UHGV virus genome: UHGV-0209651
Source: a virus
Length of the DNA: 48,107 nucleotides
Direction: 5' to 3' (one strand)
Part shown: piece by piece, positions 25,863-35,037 of the stretch
How the letters are laid out: each line of letters starts with the position of its first letter
Position numbering within the stretch: position 1 is the first letter of the stretch
Notes under the pieces: generated by a model
Told to the model about the DNA's origin: nothing
What the model saw: the letters and a program-made list of their open reading frames with translations, nothing else
Database searches by the model: none
Position numbers and translations under genes: made by a program

Positions 25863-26789
25863 ATGCCACAGCAGAGATCGACCTATTTGAGGACAATTCC
25901 TCTCGATTTAGAGGTTAAACAAGAAGCGGTAATAAATGGTATTGAGATGGGGGTTCTTGATAACGGGATTCCATACCTCACACAAAGTGGGCTTGCAAAC
26001 GTCTGTGGTGTTCAGCGATTAAGGATTAAGGAAATTACTGACGAATGGGCACAGTCAGTCGAACATGGAATCTTCCGGAAAGGAAGGATGACATTTATTG
26101 GTACATACCTTCTGAATGAAGGGTTTACTGATGAAAAATTGTATATCCCGGTCATTCGCAATGGTGTTGAGTATCATGCTTATCCAGATATCGTCTGCAT
26201 GGCAATTTTGGAATATTATGCATTCGAGGCTAAGCAGGCTGAAAGTGAAACTGCTATCAGATCATACCGTGAACTGGCAAAAAAAGGCCTTAAAGCTTTC
26301 ATCTATGAAGCTCTAAAATATCAGCCTGAAGACCCATGGCGGCATTATCACGACAGGGTTTCTCTGCTCAAAGATAAGGGCTCAATCCCTGACGGCTACT
26401 TTATCATCTTCAACGAAATTGCAGGTATGATGGTTGATCTTATCAACGCTGGCTTGGCTATAAACCAGCACACTGTCCCTGATGGAAGTGTCGGAAGTTG
26501 CTGGGCTCGCCATTGGAACAGCCAAGAGTTGAGCCGCGAATTTGGTGAACGGGTGGATTGTGAGCATTATTACCCCGAAGATTTCCTTCAAGCTCGGTCT
26601 AATCCACAAATAATCAATGCTTATCCTGACGGGGCCCTATCTGAATTTCGTCGATGGTTCAAACATCAGTATCTTACAACTAAATTCCCCCCGTATATTC
26701 TTAAAAAGTCAAATGTACTTCCTGGGGGGAGAGAAGACGCCACTCGCTTGATCGAGGCATTTAAACAGGCAGGTATCGAAGGTAAATAA
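25863..26789 (+). CDS. moron: 308-aa protein with a possible Bro-N/ORF6N-like N-terminal domain
   Basis: Lower GC. Preceded by an AT-rich region containing the dyad AGGGTGTT-N13-AACACCCT (25797-25825) and followed by a terminator hairpin. The PYLTQSGLANVCGV segment loosely fits the Bro-N/ORF6N motif. Confidence 0.5.
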   Translation: MPQQRSTYLRTIPLDLEVKQEAVINGIEMGVLDNGIPYLTQSGLANVCGVQRLRIKEITDEWAQSVEHGIFRKGRMTFIGTYLLNEGFTDEKLYIPVIRNGVEYHAYPDIVCMAILEYYAFEAKQAESETAIRSYRELAKKGLKAFIYEALKYQPEDPWRHYHDRVSLLKDKGSIPDGYFIIFNEIAGMMVDLINAGLAINQHTVPDGSVGSCWARHWNSQELSREFGERVDCEHYYPEDFLQARSNPQIINAYPDGALSEFRRWFKHQYLTTKFPPYILKKSNVLPGGREDATRLIEAFKQAGIEGK

Positions 26790-26838
26790 TACCTGACAGG
26801 TACGCAAAGCCGCGCAGTAAGCCAATCCGTGATATAAA

Positions 26839-26864
26839 ATCCCCTCTACAGCAGAGGGGATTTC
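26839..26864 (+). terminator. hairpin terminator (atcccctct-acagc-agaggggat-ttct)
   Basis: 9-bp stem with a short T run. Separates the moron from the next gene. Confidence 0.45.
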
Positions 26865-26865
26865 T

Positions 26866-27123
26866 ATGTCTGATTTCAACATCGCATCAAAGTCAAAAGA
26901 CGAGCAGGACAAGGTCAATGTCGACCTGGCAGCGTCCGGCGTCGCCTATAAAGAGCGCCTGAACATGCCGGTTGTCGCCGAAGTGGTGGCCAGAGAGCAG
27001 CCCGAGCATTTACGCGAGTATTTCATGGAGCGCGTCCGCTACTACCGCGAGCAAAGCATCCAGCTACCAAAAGCATCAGATCCGCGCTACATCGAAATGG
27101 CTGAACAGAACGCCAAAAAATAG
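26866..27123 (+). CDS. hypothetical protein
   Basis: 85-aa ORF. Confidence 0.45.
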   Translation: MSDFNIASKSKDEQDKVNVDLAASGVAYKERLNMPVVAEVVAREQPEHLREYFMERVRYYREQSIQLPKASDPRYIEMAEQNAKK

Positions 27124-27229
27124 CGATTTTCTCGTATATGCTCATTTTGCTTTTATCCCCGGGAAGGGCGATAATTACTTAGTCAGTCTGGACAACTGAC
27201 AACTTTACCCCGGCGCCAAGTGGGGACAC

Positions 27230-27826
27230 ATGGCGCAAACACTGCAATTTGAGAAGAGTTATCAAAACGTACTGATTCCCGCAGAACCGGGAACCAGCGA
27301 ATACCTGCAACTTATCCCCGTAGGGCAACTGCTTTGCGGTGAGTTCCGCAAGCCCCGGAATTACGCATTCCACAAGAAGTTCTTCAAGCTTCTGACTCTC
27401 GGGTATCACTACTGGACGCCTTCCGGTGGCCTCATTGAGCCCGCTGAGCGCACCCTCATATCCGGGTTTATCGACTTCCTCTCATCCGACTTCGATCAGC
27501 GCGCTGCGCTCCAGAACGCCGCGGAGATGTATCTCTCCTCTGTCGGTATTTCTCGTTCCCGCGATATGGCGCTTCTGAAACACTTCGAATCCTTCCGCGA
27601 GTGGGCAACCATTCAGGCTGGCTTTTACGACGAATACCAGATGCCTGACGGCAGCCGTCGTCGTGTCGCAAAGTCGATCTCCTTCGCCAGCATGGACGAC
27701 AGCCAGTTTAACGGCGTCTACAAATCAGTGCTGAATGTGCTCTGGAACTACATTCTGCGTCGCAAGTTCCACTCGCCAGCTGAGGCTGAAAACGCCGCCA
27801 GTCAGCTGCTGAGCTTTGCGGGGTGA
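27230..27826 (+). CDS. nin-region protein (DUF1367-like)
   Basis: 198-aa ORF placed ahead of the ninG-like gene as in lambdoid nin regions. Family recalled from memory. Confidence 0.45.
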   Translation: MAQTLQFEKSYQNVLIPAEPGTSEYLQLIPVGQLLCGEFRKPRNYAFHKKFFKLLTLGYHYWTPSGGLIEPAERTLISGFIDFLSSDFDQRAALQNAAEMYLSSVGISRSRDMALLKHFESFREWATIQAGFYDEYQMPDGSRRRVAKSISFASMDDSQFNGVYKSVLNVLWNYILRRKFHSPAEAENAASQLLSFAG

Positions 27827-28002
27827 TGGCTATGCAATGTCTTCTCGCCAAAGTAATGGAGCGCGGCATCTTCCGCGTGCCGGCGCGCCGCAAGCGCAAG
27901 GTCGAAGTTAAGCCTTCCGACATCCCGACCCTGAAAGACTACACCGCCCGCCTGGTCGATAAGAAGTGGCTACGCCTGAGAGCAAGGAGGCCACATGCGT
28001 AA
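27826..28002 (+). CDS. small basic protein (58 aa)
   Basis: ORF not in the track. GTGATGG start overlap with the upstream stop and an ATG...TAA overlap with ninG. Confidence 0.3.
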   Translation: MAMQCLLAKVMERGIFRVPARRKRKVEVKPSDIPTLKDYTARLVDKKWLRLRARRPHA

Positions 28003-28633
28003 ACCTTCACGTCGTAAATGCGCCCACTGCCGCGAATGGTTCCATCCTGCCCGGGAAGGGCAGGTGGTATGCAGTTTTGAATGCGCCAGCGCGATCGGCA
28101 AAAAACAGACAGCAAAAGCCCGGGAAGTGGCGAAGGCCAGGGCGGTGAAGCGCCAGCGCGAATCCGAGAAAGAGGGGCGCCAGCGTCGCCGAGCTAAGCG
28201 TGAGTCATTCAAGACAAAGGCCCAGTGGGATAAAGAGGCTCAGTCAGCCTTTAACCGGTACATTCGCATTCGTGATGAAGGTAGGCCCTGCGTCAGCTGC
28301 GGAAGCCCGCTTATCGGCAAGAGCAACTACCTGACCGGCAGCGCCATTGATGCCAGCCATTACCGTTCCCGCGGTGCAGCGTCTCACCTGAAGTTCAACG
28401 TGTTCAATGTCCACTCCGCCTGCACCCGCTGCAACCGACAGTTGAGCGGCAACGCCGTTGAGTACCGCATTCACCTGATTGAACGTATTGGCCTGGACCG
28501 CGTAGAGCGCCTTGAGGCTGATAACGAGCCGCGGCGGTTCGACATTCCCTACCTGCAGCGCATCAAATCCATATTCACCCGCAGAGCCCGCGCGCTGGAG
28601 AAGCGCCGCGCCCGCCATCAGGAGGCCGCATGA
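27995..28633 (+). CDS. ninG: NinG/Rap-family recombination endonuclease
   Basis: Strong similarity to lambda NinG (CxxCREWFHPA...C..C...RPC.SCG...DA.HYRSRGAA..L.FN..N.H..C..CN...SGN...YR). Confidence 0.85.
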   Translation: MRKPSRRKCAHCREWFHPAREGQVVCSFECASAIGKKQTAKAREVAKARAVKRQRESEKEGRQRRRAKRESFKTKAQWDKEAQSAFNRYIRIRDEGRPCVSCGSPLIGKSNYLTGSAIDASHYRSRGAASHLKFNVFNVHSACTRCNRQLSGNAVEYRIHLIERIGLDRVERLEADNEPRRFDIPYLQRIKSIFTRRARALEKRRARHQEAA

Positions 28634-28770
28634 GCCGTGACGTTATCGAACTCGTCCGCGACCGCTGGCAAAAGCTCCGCCTCTGCCGTCACCGCGGCAC
28701 CGTACTGGTTGACTACCGCATACTGAGAAATTTCGTTCGCATCTATCAGACCCTGGGAGAGACAGCATGA
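28630..28770 (+). CDS. small protein (46 aa)
   Basis: ORF not in the track. ATGA overlaps with both flanking genes. Confidence 0.3.
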   Translation: MSRDVIELVRDRWQKLRLCRHRGTVLVDYRILRNFVRIYQTLGETA

Positions 28771-29456
28771 CAGCTCAATACTTGGAATTTGTTCGCCAGC
28801 AGCTGATAGTGGCCACCGCCGATCTGAGCGGCGCGACGAAAGGGCAACTGGTGGCCTTCGCAGAAAACGCACAATTCACCGCTACGGCGCGCAGCCGGGG
28901 TAGGAAGAAAGTTTATAGCGAGGTCAAACAACGCATGGTTAACCCGGATGGCCCGCCGATGAGCGGCAGCCAGTCCCGCGCTAAGGGTTCATCAATCGCT
29001 CTCGTTCTTCCCGTTGAGTATTCGACGGCAAGCTGGCGCCGGGCTCTGCTGTCGCTGGAAGAGCATCAGAAAGCGTGGCTGCTGTGGAATTACAGCGACA
29101 ATATCCGTTGGGAGCACCAGGAGACGATCACCCGGTGGGCATGGGAGCAATTCAGCGAGAAGCTGGCCGGCATACGCATTGCGAAGAAGACTGTCGATCG
29201 CCTTCGTCAACTTATCTGGCTGGCAGCGCAGGACGTGAAAGCAGAGCTGGCGGGTAAGTATGTATACCAGCACCAGGATCTTGCAGCCCTGTCTGGCGTT
29301 AAACCTGATAACTGGTGCCATAACTACGCTGATTACTGGCGGGCTATGTGCGCCATTTTTAAGCGGCTTGATAGCGACTCTCTTCTCTGCGCTGTGAGAA
29401 CACGATCACAACAAAAAGCGACTTTTTCGCAGCAGGGTCTTGCAAAAGTCAATTAA
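28767..29456 (+). CDS. putative late antiterminator (Q-like)
   Basis: 229 aa. Last early gene, followed by a 600-bp leader with terminators and then tRNAs and lysis genes. The assignment rests mainly on synteny. Confidence 0.45.
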   Translation: MTAQYLEFVRQQLIVATADLSGATKGQLVAFAENAQFTATARSRGRKKVYSEVKQRMVNPDGPPMSGSQSRAKGSSIALVLPVEYSTASWRRALLSLEEHQKAWLLWNYSDNIRWEHQETITRWAWEQFSEKLAGIRIAKKTVDRLRQLIWLAAQDVKAELAGKYVYQHQDLAALSGVKPDNWCHNYADYWRAMCAIFKRLDSDSLLCAVRTRSQQKATFSQQGLAKVN

Positions 29457-29544
29457 ATGCGTCATATTTGAGTCTACTTTGATATGCTGCCTTAACTTTA
29501 AGTGGCGGCATGAAGATGATAGTCACATACCAGTTTGTAAAATT

Positions 29545-29572
29545 AGCCTCGGCATCCCGCCGGGGCTTTTTT
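29545..29572 (+). terminator. rho-independent terminator (tR'-like) about 90 nt after the Q-like gene
   Basis: agcc-t-cggc-atccc-gccg-ggct followed by a T6 run. Confidence 0.55.
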
Positions 29573-30018
29573 ATGCCTGCGATCCGGTCAGGGCTCTTGG
29601 GTAGAGACGTGCCGCACGACACGTTAAAGCCCTACACGCGCAGAGCCCTGAACCAGATTGAAGTTACTCAGCAATAAGAAAACTGCATGTCATCATTTGC
29701 TTATATCTTATTGACCAGAAAATTAACATGTTGTTAATCTATTCGTGTGGTGAATCCCCCTATGCGGAGGGGCGACCAGTCACTTACAGTGATCTGTAAA
29801 TGCAGCGCGGGCCATGTCGACTGGGACATGCTCACCGGGAGGCACCCGGCACCATAATGCAATGCTACATAAGCTATTTGGTAGTGGGGTTGCCGTTTCG
29901 GCTTCTCCAGCTATGTTTAAAAGGTAGTAACGGAAAACGAGCGCTCTCCTGGTAAATCGGTAGCTCGGACTATTAGGTGCGCCTCGAACCGTTGAAGAAT
30001 CAGTATTTCCTACCTTCT

Positions 30019-30045
30019 GCCCGCCCCTCTGAGCGGGCTTTTTTT
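30019..30045 (+). terminator. rho-independent terminator
   Basis: gcccgc-ccctctga-gcgggc followed by a T7 run. Confidence 0.8.
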
Positions 30046-30078
30046 CGCCTAATTCAGGCAAAACCATAAAGCATTAAG

Positions 30079-30103
30079 GGCTGCGCTATTTCGCGGCCTT
30101 TTT
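30079..30103 (+). terminator. terminator-like hairpin before the tRNAs
   Basis: ggctgcg-ctattt-cgcggcc followed by a T5 run. Confidence 0.55.
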
Positions 30104-30110
30104 CATTTCG

Positions 30111-30185
30111 GGGTCAGAAGCACAGCGGTTGTGCGTTCGGCTGTTAACCGAATGGTCGAAGGTTCGAATCCTTCCTGTCCCGCCA
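30111..30185 (+). tRNA. tRNA-Asn(GUU)-like (possibly a pseudo-tRNA)
   Basis: Hand-folded cloverleaf. D stem gcac/gtgc, anticodon stem ttcgg/ccgaa, anticodon loop ctGTTaa, T arm gaagg-ttcgaat-ccttc, discriminator G, CCA. The acceptor stem has one T:T mismatch and position 8 is A. Confidence 0.5.
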
Positions 30186-30190
30186 AATTA

Positions 30191-30267
30191 GCGCCATTAG
30201 CTCAACCGGAGAGAGCAATAGCCTTCTAAGCTATCGGTTTCAGGTTCGAGTCCTGAATGGTGCACCA
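30191..30267 (+). tRNA. tRNA-Arg(UCU)
   Basis: Canonical cloverleaf. Acceptor gcgccat/atggtgc, anticodon loop cTTCTAa, T loop ttcgagt, CCA encoded. Confidence 0.8.
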
Positions 30268-30400
30268 GATAATGGCCTGACCTGATGACGGGCTCATAAT
30301 CCAATCCATCGGGGCGTTGTTGCCGCAACGCAACAGGCCGCCAGACCCAGCCAGGGTATTTTCGGTCATCACCGACATTGCTATTACCCTCATGCTTATT

Positions 30401-30424
30401 GCCCGCCTTTTGCGGGCTTTTTTA
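30401..30424 (+). terminator. rho-independent terminator
   Basis: gcccgc-ctttt-gcgggc followed by a T6 run. Confidence 0.75.
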
Positions 30425-30535
30425 TTATCAGGTCCCGCGGGAATCATCACCGACACGCTTCGTTGTTAAATCCAGCCCGACGGGCCTGACCTTTTCAAAC
30501 ACGCACAGCACCCGCTAACAACGCGAGGTGAGAGT

Positions 30536-30760
30536 ATGTATCGCATGGAAAAGATAACCACTGGTGCTGCCTATGGCGCTTCAGCCGGGAGCATCCTTAA
30601 CGGCATGCTTAATGCCTATAGCCCAGAGCAGTGGAATGCCATCGGCGTACTGGTGGGCATTGTCATCGCCGTACTTACGTATCTGACGAATTTGTACTTC
30701 AAGATTCGCGAAGACAATCGACGTAGCAGGAGCCGAGATGAACCCGACGCTGAGGAATAA
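30536..30760 (+). CDS. class II holin / pinholin (phage 21 S21-like)
   Basis: 74 aa. ...[17 protein letters not shown]... closely matches the C-terminal region of S21. Confidence 0.8.
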   Translation: MYRMEKITTGAAYGASAGSILNGMLNAYSPEQWNAIGVLVGIVIAVLTYLTNLYFKIREDNRRSRSRDEPDAEE

Positions 30761-31232
30761 GCTGATTGGTGCGATCGCCGGCGGTTCGGGCGCGATAGCC
30801 ATTGCTTCCGTCATGCTTGGTAATGCTGACGGCCTGGAAGGAAGGCGTTATTACGCCTACCAGGATGTTGTCGGCGTCTGGACTGTTTGTGATGGTCACA
30901 CTGGCGCCGATATTCGCCGCGGCCACCGCTACACCGACAGGGAATGCGACAACCTGCTGAAAGCCGATCTGCGGAAGGTGGCAAGCGCCATTGATCCCCT
31001 CATCAAAGTCCGCATTCCTGATCCTACCCGTGCCGCGCTTTACTCATTCACCTACAACGTTGGTTCTGGCGCTTTCGCCAGTTCCACGCTGTTGAAGAAA
31101 TTGAATGCTGGGGACGTGCCGGGAGCGTGTAAGGAACTGCAGCGCTGGACGTATGCCGGTGGCAAGCAGTGGAAGGGATTGATCACCAGGCGCGAGATTG
31201 AGCGTGAAGTCTGCGAGTGGGGCCAGAAATGA
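30738..31232 (+). CDS. SAR endolysin (T4-lysozyme-like, R21-type)
   Basis: N-terminal signal-anchor-release segment [19 protein letters not shown]. The ...GLEG..Y.AYQD.VGVWTVC.GHTG... catalytic region and the C-terminus ...[28 protein letters not shown] match phage 21 R. Confidence 0.85.
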   Translation: MNPTLRNKLIGAIAGGSGAIAIASVMLGNADGLEGRRYYAYQDVVGVWTVCDGHTGADIRRGHRYTDRECDNLLKADLRKVASAIDPLIKVRIPDPTRAALYSFTYNVGSGAFASSTLLKKLNAGDVPGACKELQRWTYAGGKQWKGLITRREIEREVCEWGQK

Positions 31233-31579
31233 GCCGATTAACCGCAATCATCAGCGCTGTAGTCATCCTGCTGCTTTCCTGCTTTTTCTCGTGGCGTTCT
31301 GGCTGGAATTCTCACGCTGACCATATCAACGCCCTCGCGGCGAAGAGGAAAGAGAAAGCCGAAAAGACTATCCAGCCGGTAGAGCAAAAGGCCGCTGCCG
31401 CTACAGAAGAGGGCAAGGTCATTTACCGAACCATAACCCGCGACGTGGTGAAATATGTCCAGTCTCCGAATCGTACTGTGTGCCGGTTTGACGATGATGC
31501 TGTGCAGTTGCGCCAGCGAGCTATCGACGCTGCCAACGCCATCCCCGGATTTGATGACGGCGCCGTGCAAAGCAAGTGA
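31229..31579 (+). CDS. i-spanin (Rz-like)
   Basis: ATGA overlap with the endolysin. N-terminal TM helix then a coiled-coil periplasmic domain. Confidence 0.65.
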   Translation: MSRLTAIISAVVILLLSCFFSWRSGWNSHADHINALAAKRKEKAEKTIQPVEQKAAAATEEGKVIYRTITRDVVKYVQSPNRTVCRFDDDAVQLRQRAIDAANAIPGFDDGAVQSK

Positions 31580-31697
31580 CGCAGGGAAAGATAGCGACGA
31601 AGACCTGCAGTCAGACGTCGAAACCGCTCAATGCCTGCGCCAACTGCGGTTAGATAAATACCGTTGGCAGGCCTACTACCGTGCAGTGAGTCAGTAG
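31455..31697 (+). CDS. o-spanin (Rz1-like lipoprotein), +1 frame, overlapping the Rz 3' end
   Basis: Signal-like N-terminus with Cys residues ([19 protein letters not shown]). Pro-rich mature region. Exact start and lipobox uncertain. Confidence 0.45.
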   Translation: MSSLRIVLCAGLTMMLCSCASELSTLPTPSPDLMTAPCKASDAGKDSDEDLQSDVETAQCLRQLRLDKYRWQAYYRAVSQ

Positions 31698-32017
31698 CGG
31701 GGCTACATTGCCGTTCCTGCATGGCAAGGTCGGCGTGATAAAAAACCCCGAAGAGGATATCCAAAAGTAAACGGGGCGCTGAATGAACAGCTAATGACTA
31801 AACAATACATCGTGTATCTAAATATGGTTAATCATTTCGCAACCCAGACCATATTGCGGAGGAATACACCTGTGTTTTGGCGTAGGACTGCTATCAGCGC
31901 TGGGGCAGTGCAACCGTGATAAGGCTGACATCAGGCAGGCGGAAAGGAGAAGAGGATTGCAGTAGGGATGAAGGCTTTGAGGCAATATGTATTATTGCCT
32001 CAAGGTTGATGTGTATA

Positions 32018-32287
32018 TTAATTGGTTTCTTCACTCTTTGAGAGAAGTGAAAGAACACGCTGGTGAAGAAGCTCTTCGTAACCTTCTGGCGTAGGAAAGT
32101 CAAACTCTATCGGGCCGGCTTTGGCGGCTGCATCAGCATAGCTTTGAGCTAACAATCCAGGGGTCTGGGACATGCTATTCACAACTGAACTAAGAATGGT
32201 GATAGCGATTCTTGATGCATGTTCGCTAAGTTGCAGGTCGCTAACGATTCCTTCAAGATCAGCAATGCGCTCTTCGAGTTCAGACAT
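32018..32287 (-). CDS. hypothetical protein (89 aa) in an AT-rich island between the lysis and packaging modules
   Basis: Opposite strand to all flanking late genes, with lower GC. Confidence 0.45.
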   Translation of the reverse strand: MSELEERIADLEGIVSDLQLSEHASRIAITILSSVVNSMSQTPGLLAQSYADAAAKAGPIEFDFPTPEGYEELLHQRVLSLLSKSEETN

Positions 32288-32726
32288 AAATACTCCTTTC
32301 AGATAATTGTGGTGGCCTTCCGTTGAAGAATAACAGCTCCAGTATGTAGCTGATCAGATATTCATCACTAATAGCTAAAACTCAGGTATCAAAATGATTG
32401 CCTAGGTATTACAGAGCCACTTCCAGAGGTGGCTCGATAATGTCACAACGAGGTAAGTCATATGCGCACTACTGGAACTCTGACGGCGGAAATTACGCTT
32501 CGCCCATACATGAAGCCGCTGCTCATCCTTTCGGTGCTTTTGCGCTGGGGCTGGCTCACTAAGAAGTGTATCCGGATTGGCCCTGTAATTGGCAAGCAGG
32601 CGTAATTATAAAGTTCTGCAAATGGTGCGTTAAAAGCGCCATTGACAGAGTTTTATATAAGTTTCACAACTTACCGATCAAAAAATTCCCCGGTAAGCAT
32701 TCGAGCAACCCAGAGGAATATTCTGT

Positions 32727-33359
32727 ATGGCGTCGAAAAAGCTTACAGCTGATCAGCAGCAGCTTTTCGATGCTCTGACTCCGCTGCAAAAAAGATTCGC
32801 ACTTGCAATCATCAAAGGGAAGAACCAGACGGACGCCTATAAGGCTGCGAAGGGGAAGGCTAAGACGCCAGAAGCCATTCGCAACTCGGCGAGTCAGATC
32901 TTTACAAATCTTGGTGTGCAAGCCTTTCTCAAATCAGTGCAGGGCGAGATTGTCGACGAGGCAATCATGACCCGAGAGGAGGCGTTAAAGCGCCTTTCTA
33001 AGATGGGTCGAACATCCATCGCCGATATAGCCGAGTTCAGCAACAGCGTAGTTGGCGAAGATGACGATGGCAATCCTGTGTTCCAGGCCGTATGGAGCTT
33101 TAAAGATTCCGCTCTTCAGAACCCTGACGCAATGAGTGCAATCTCTGAGCTAACTACGGGAAAGGACGGCATCAAGCTGAAGATGCACGATCCCAAAGCG
33201 GCAATTAAGCAGCTTGCCGAAATGCAGGGTTGGGACGCTCCGAAGAAAACCGAGTTGACCGGTAAAGACGGCGGCCCGCTGAATCAGGTGACGTACACCG
33301 CTGAAGACTATGCGAAGGCCCAGCAGAAGCTGGAGGGAAGGTTAGAAGGGCTGGACTGA
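32727..33359 (+). CDS. terminase small subunit
   Basis: 210 aa. N-terminal HTH-like region ...QKRFALAIIKGKNQTDAYKAA.... Immediately precedes terL. Confidence 0.75.
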   Translation: MASKKLTADQQQLFDALTPLQKRFALAIIKGKNQTDAYKAAKGKAKTPEAIRNSASQIFTNLGVQAFLKSVQGEIVDEAIMTREEALKRLSKMGRTSIADIAEFSNSVVGEDDDGNPVFQAVWSFKDSALQNPDAMSAISELTTGKDGIKLKMHDPKAAIKQLAEMQGWDAPKKTELTGKDGGPLNQVTYTAEDYAKAQQKLEGRLEGLD

Positions 33360-33360
33360 T

Positions 33361-35037
33361 ATGAGCGGAATTATCGAATGGGATGACCTGTCATTCCCGG
33401 AGCGCGTGATCATCCGTTCAAAGTCCACGAAGTCATTCCTGAACTTCACCCGGATATGGTTCGAGCTGATTCAGGGCGACCGGTTGCTGGTTAACTGGCA
33501 TCACCGCCTGATGGCTTCGAAAATTGATGATCTGCTTGCCGGGCGCCTTGTCCCGCGAAACCTGATTATCAACATCCCGCCAGGCGGTACGAAAACTGAG
33601 TTCTTCTCCATTCACTTCCCGGCGTATGTCAACGCCCTGGTGCAGGAGAAGCGGCTTAAACGCTTTCGCAACCTGAATATCTCTTTTGCTGACACGCTGG
33701 TAAAGCGTAACAGCCGGCGCACCCGCGACATTATCGCCAGCCGTGAATATCAGGAGTTCTGGCCCTGCTCGTTTGGTGTCAACCAGGCAGAAGAGTGGGA
33801 GATAAAGGACGAGCGAGGGCGCTCTATAGGACAGACGGTATCGCGCTCAAGCAACGGGCAGATCACCGGTGGTCGTGGTGGATACTACGGACCAGAGTTC
33901 TCCGGCATGGTGATGCTGGACGACTACAACAAGCCGGTGGACATGCTCAGCGAGTCCCGACGCAAAAGCGCGAATACGCTGCTGGTTAACACCATTCGAT
34001 CGCGGCGCGGCGATAAGTCGAAAGAGCACCCTACGCCATTTGTGAGCATTCAGCAGCGTCTGCACACCGACGACGCAACGGGCTTCATGCTTGCCGGCGG
34101 AATGGGCGTGCCGTTTCACCATGTCGCCATACCAGCCATGATCGACGAGAAGTACATCCAGTCGCTCGATGAGCCATGGCGTTCGCTTTGCTGGGAAACG
34201 GTCAAAGATACCGATTCTGTGGTCGTTGGTGGCGTTCGCTACTGGTCCTACTGGCCGCAGATGGAAGACGTTAACGACCTCCTGCAGCTGTGGGAAAAGG
34301 ATCGCTATACCTTCCTGTCGCAATACCAGCAAAACCCGATGGCGCTGACTGGCGGGATCATCGACACCAGCTGGTTCAGAACGTACACCACTCTGCCGAA
34401 ACTTACTCACCGCGCTGTGTACGTCGATACGAACAGCGGGAAGGTAGAGGACTGGCTGGATTACACCGTGTTTACGCTGGCTGGCATGGGCGTGGACGGT
34501 AATCTGTACATCATCGACGTCGTTCGCGGTCGGTGGGACCCGGAAGACCTCCTGAAGAAAGCGGAAGAGGTTTGGGAAAAATGGCGCCTGTCTGGCTCCA
34601 TGCGGGTTATGCCGCTCCGCCACATGGCCATTGAAGAGAAGCAAGCCGGACAGGGCCTCATCACCACTCTGAAAAAACGTAGCCAGACGCCCGGGCAGCT
34701 CGCCATCCCGGTGAGGGAAATTCCGCGCGGTACCGGGCAGAACAAGCTCGTTCGCTGCCTTAACGTCATCCCCCAAATCAAAACCGGGAAAGTGTTTGTC
34801 CCCGCGACGCACACCGACGACGGACAGAAGCTTTCCAGCATCTTCTACGAGGACGGCACGATCGCAGGCTCAACGGAGTGGGTTCTGACGGCGATGACGG
34901 AATGCGCTGCTTTCTCCGCTGATGACAGTCACGACAACGACGACATCCTCGATACCTGGATGGACGCAATCGACGACAACCTGATTTCCGGCCCGCAGCC
35001 GATGGTTATCGACCCGAATCAACTCAGGAGAATTTAA
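33361..35037 (+). CDS. terminase large subunit
   Basis: 558 aa. ATPase N-terminal domain with a deviant Walker A and a C-terminal nuclease domain. Sits between terS and the portal gene. Confidence 0.8.
   Translation: MSGIIEWDDLSFPERVIIRSKSTKSFLNFTRIWFELIQGDRLLVNWHHRLMASKIDDLLAGRLVPRNLIINIPPGGTKTEFFSIHFPAYVNALVQEKRLKRFRNLNISFADTLVKRNSRRTRDIIASREYQEFWPCSFGVNQAEEWEIKDERGRSIGQTVSRSSNGQITGGRGGYYGPEFSGMVMLDDYNKPVDMLSESRRKSANTLLVNTIRSRRGDKSKEHPTPFVSIQQRLHTDDATGFMLAGGMGVPFHHVAIPAMIDEKYIQSLDEPWRSLCWETVKDTDSVVVGGVRYWSYWPQMEDVNDLLQLWEKDRYTFLSQYQQNPMALTGGIIDTSWFRTYTTLPKLTHRAVYVDTNSGKVEDWLDYTVFTLAGMGVDGNLYIIDVVRGRWDPEDLLKKAEEVWEKWRLSGSMRVMPLRHMAIEEKQAGQGLITTLKKRSQTPGQLAIPVREIPRGTGQNKLVRCLNVIPQIKTGKVFVPATHTDDGQKLSSIFYEDGTIAGSTEWVLTAMTECAAFSADDSHDNDDILDTWMDAIDDNLISGPQPMVIDPNQLRRI

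Noticed and set aside
30268-30400. A possible third tRNA or toxin cargo between tRNA-Arg and the holin (by analogy with Stx phages).
   Set aside because: Only about 270 bp are present, with no T-loop consensus or cloverleaf and no ORF. It is retained only as unassigned structured leader.
30226-30456. 76-aa minus ORF spanning tRNA-Arg and the downstream leader.
   Set aside because: It overlaps a well-folded tRNA and a terminator, which makes it implausible as coding.
32021-32048. Imperfect hairpin ttcttcactct...agagaagtgaaagaa.
   Set aside because: It lies inside the C-terminal codons of the minus-strand gene 32018-32287, not downstream of it, so it is not a terminator.
33847-34812. Long antisense ORFs inside terL (33847-34812), portal (35143-36219), major capsid (39388-40575), sheath (42651-43280, 42850-43464) and the IS transposase (6774-7116).
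   Set aside because: They lie fully within higher-confidence genes on the opposite strand, lack ribosome-binding sites, and are typical GC-rich antisense shadows.
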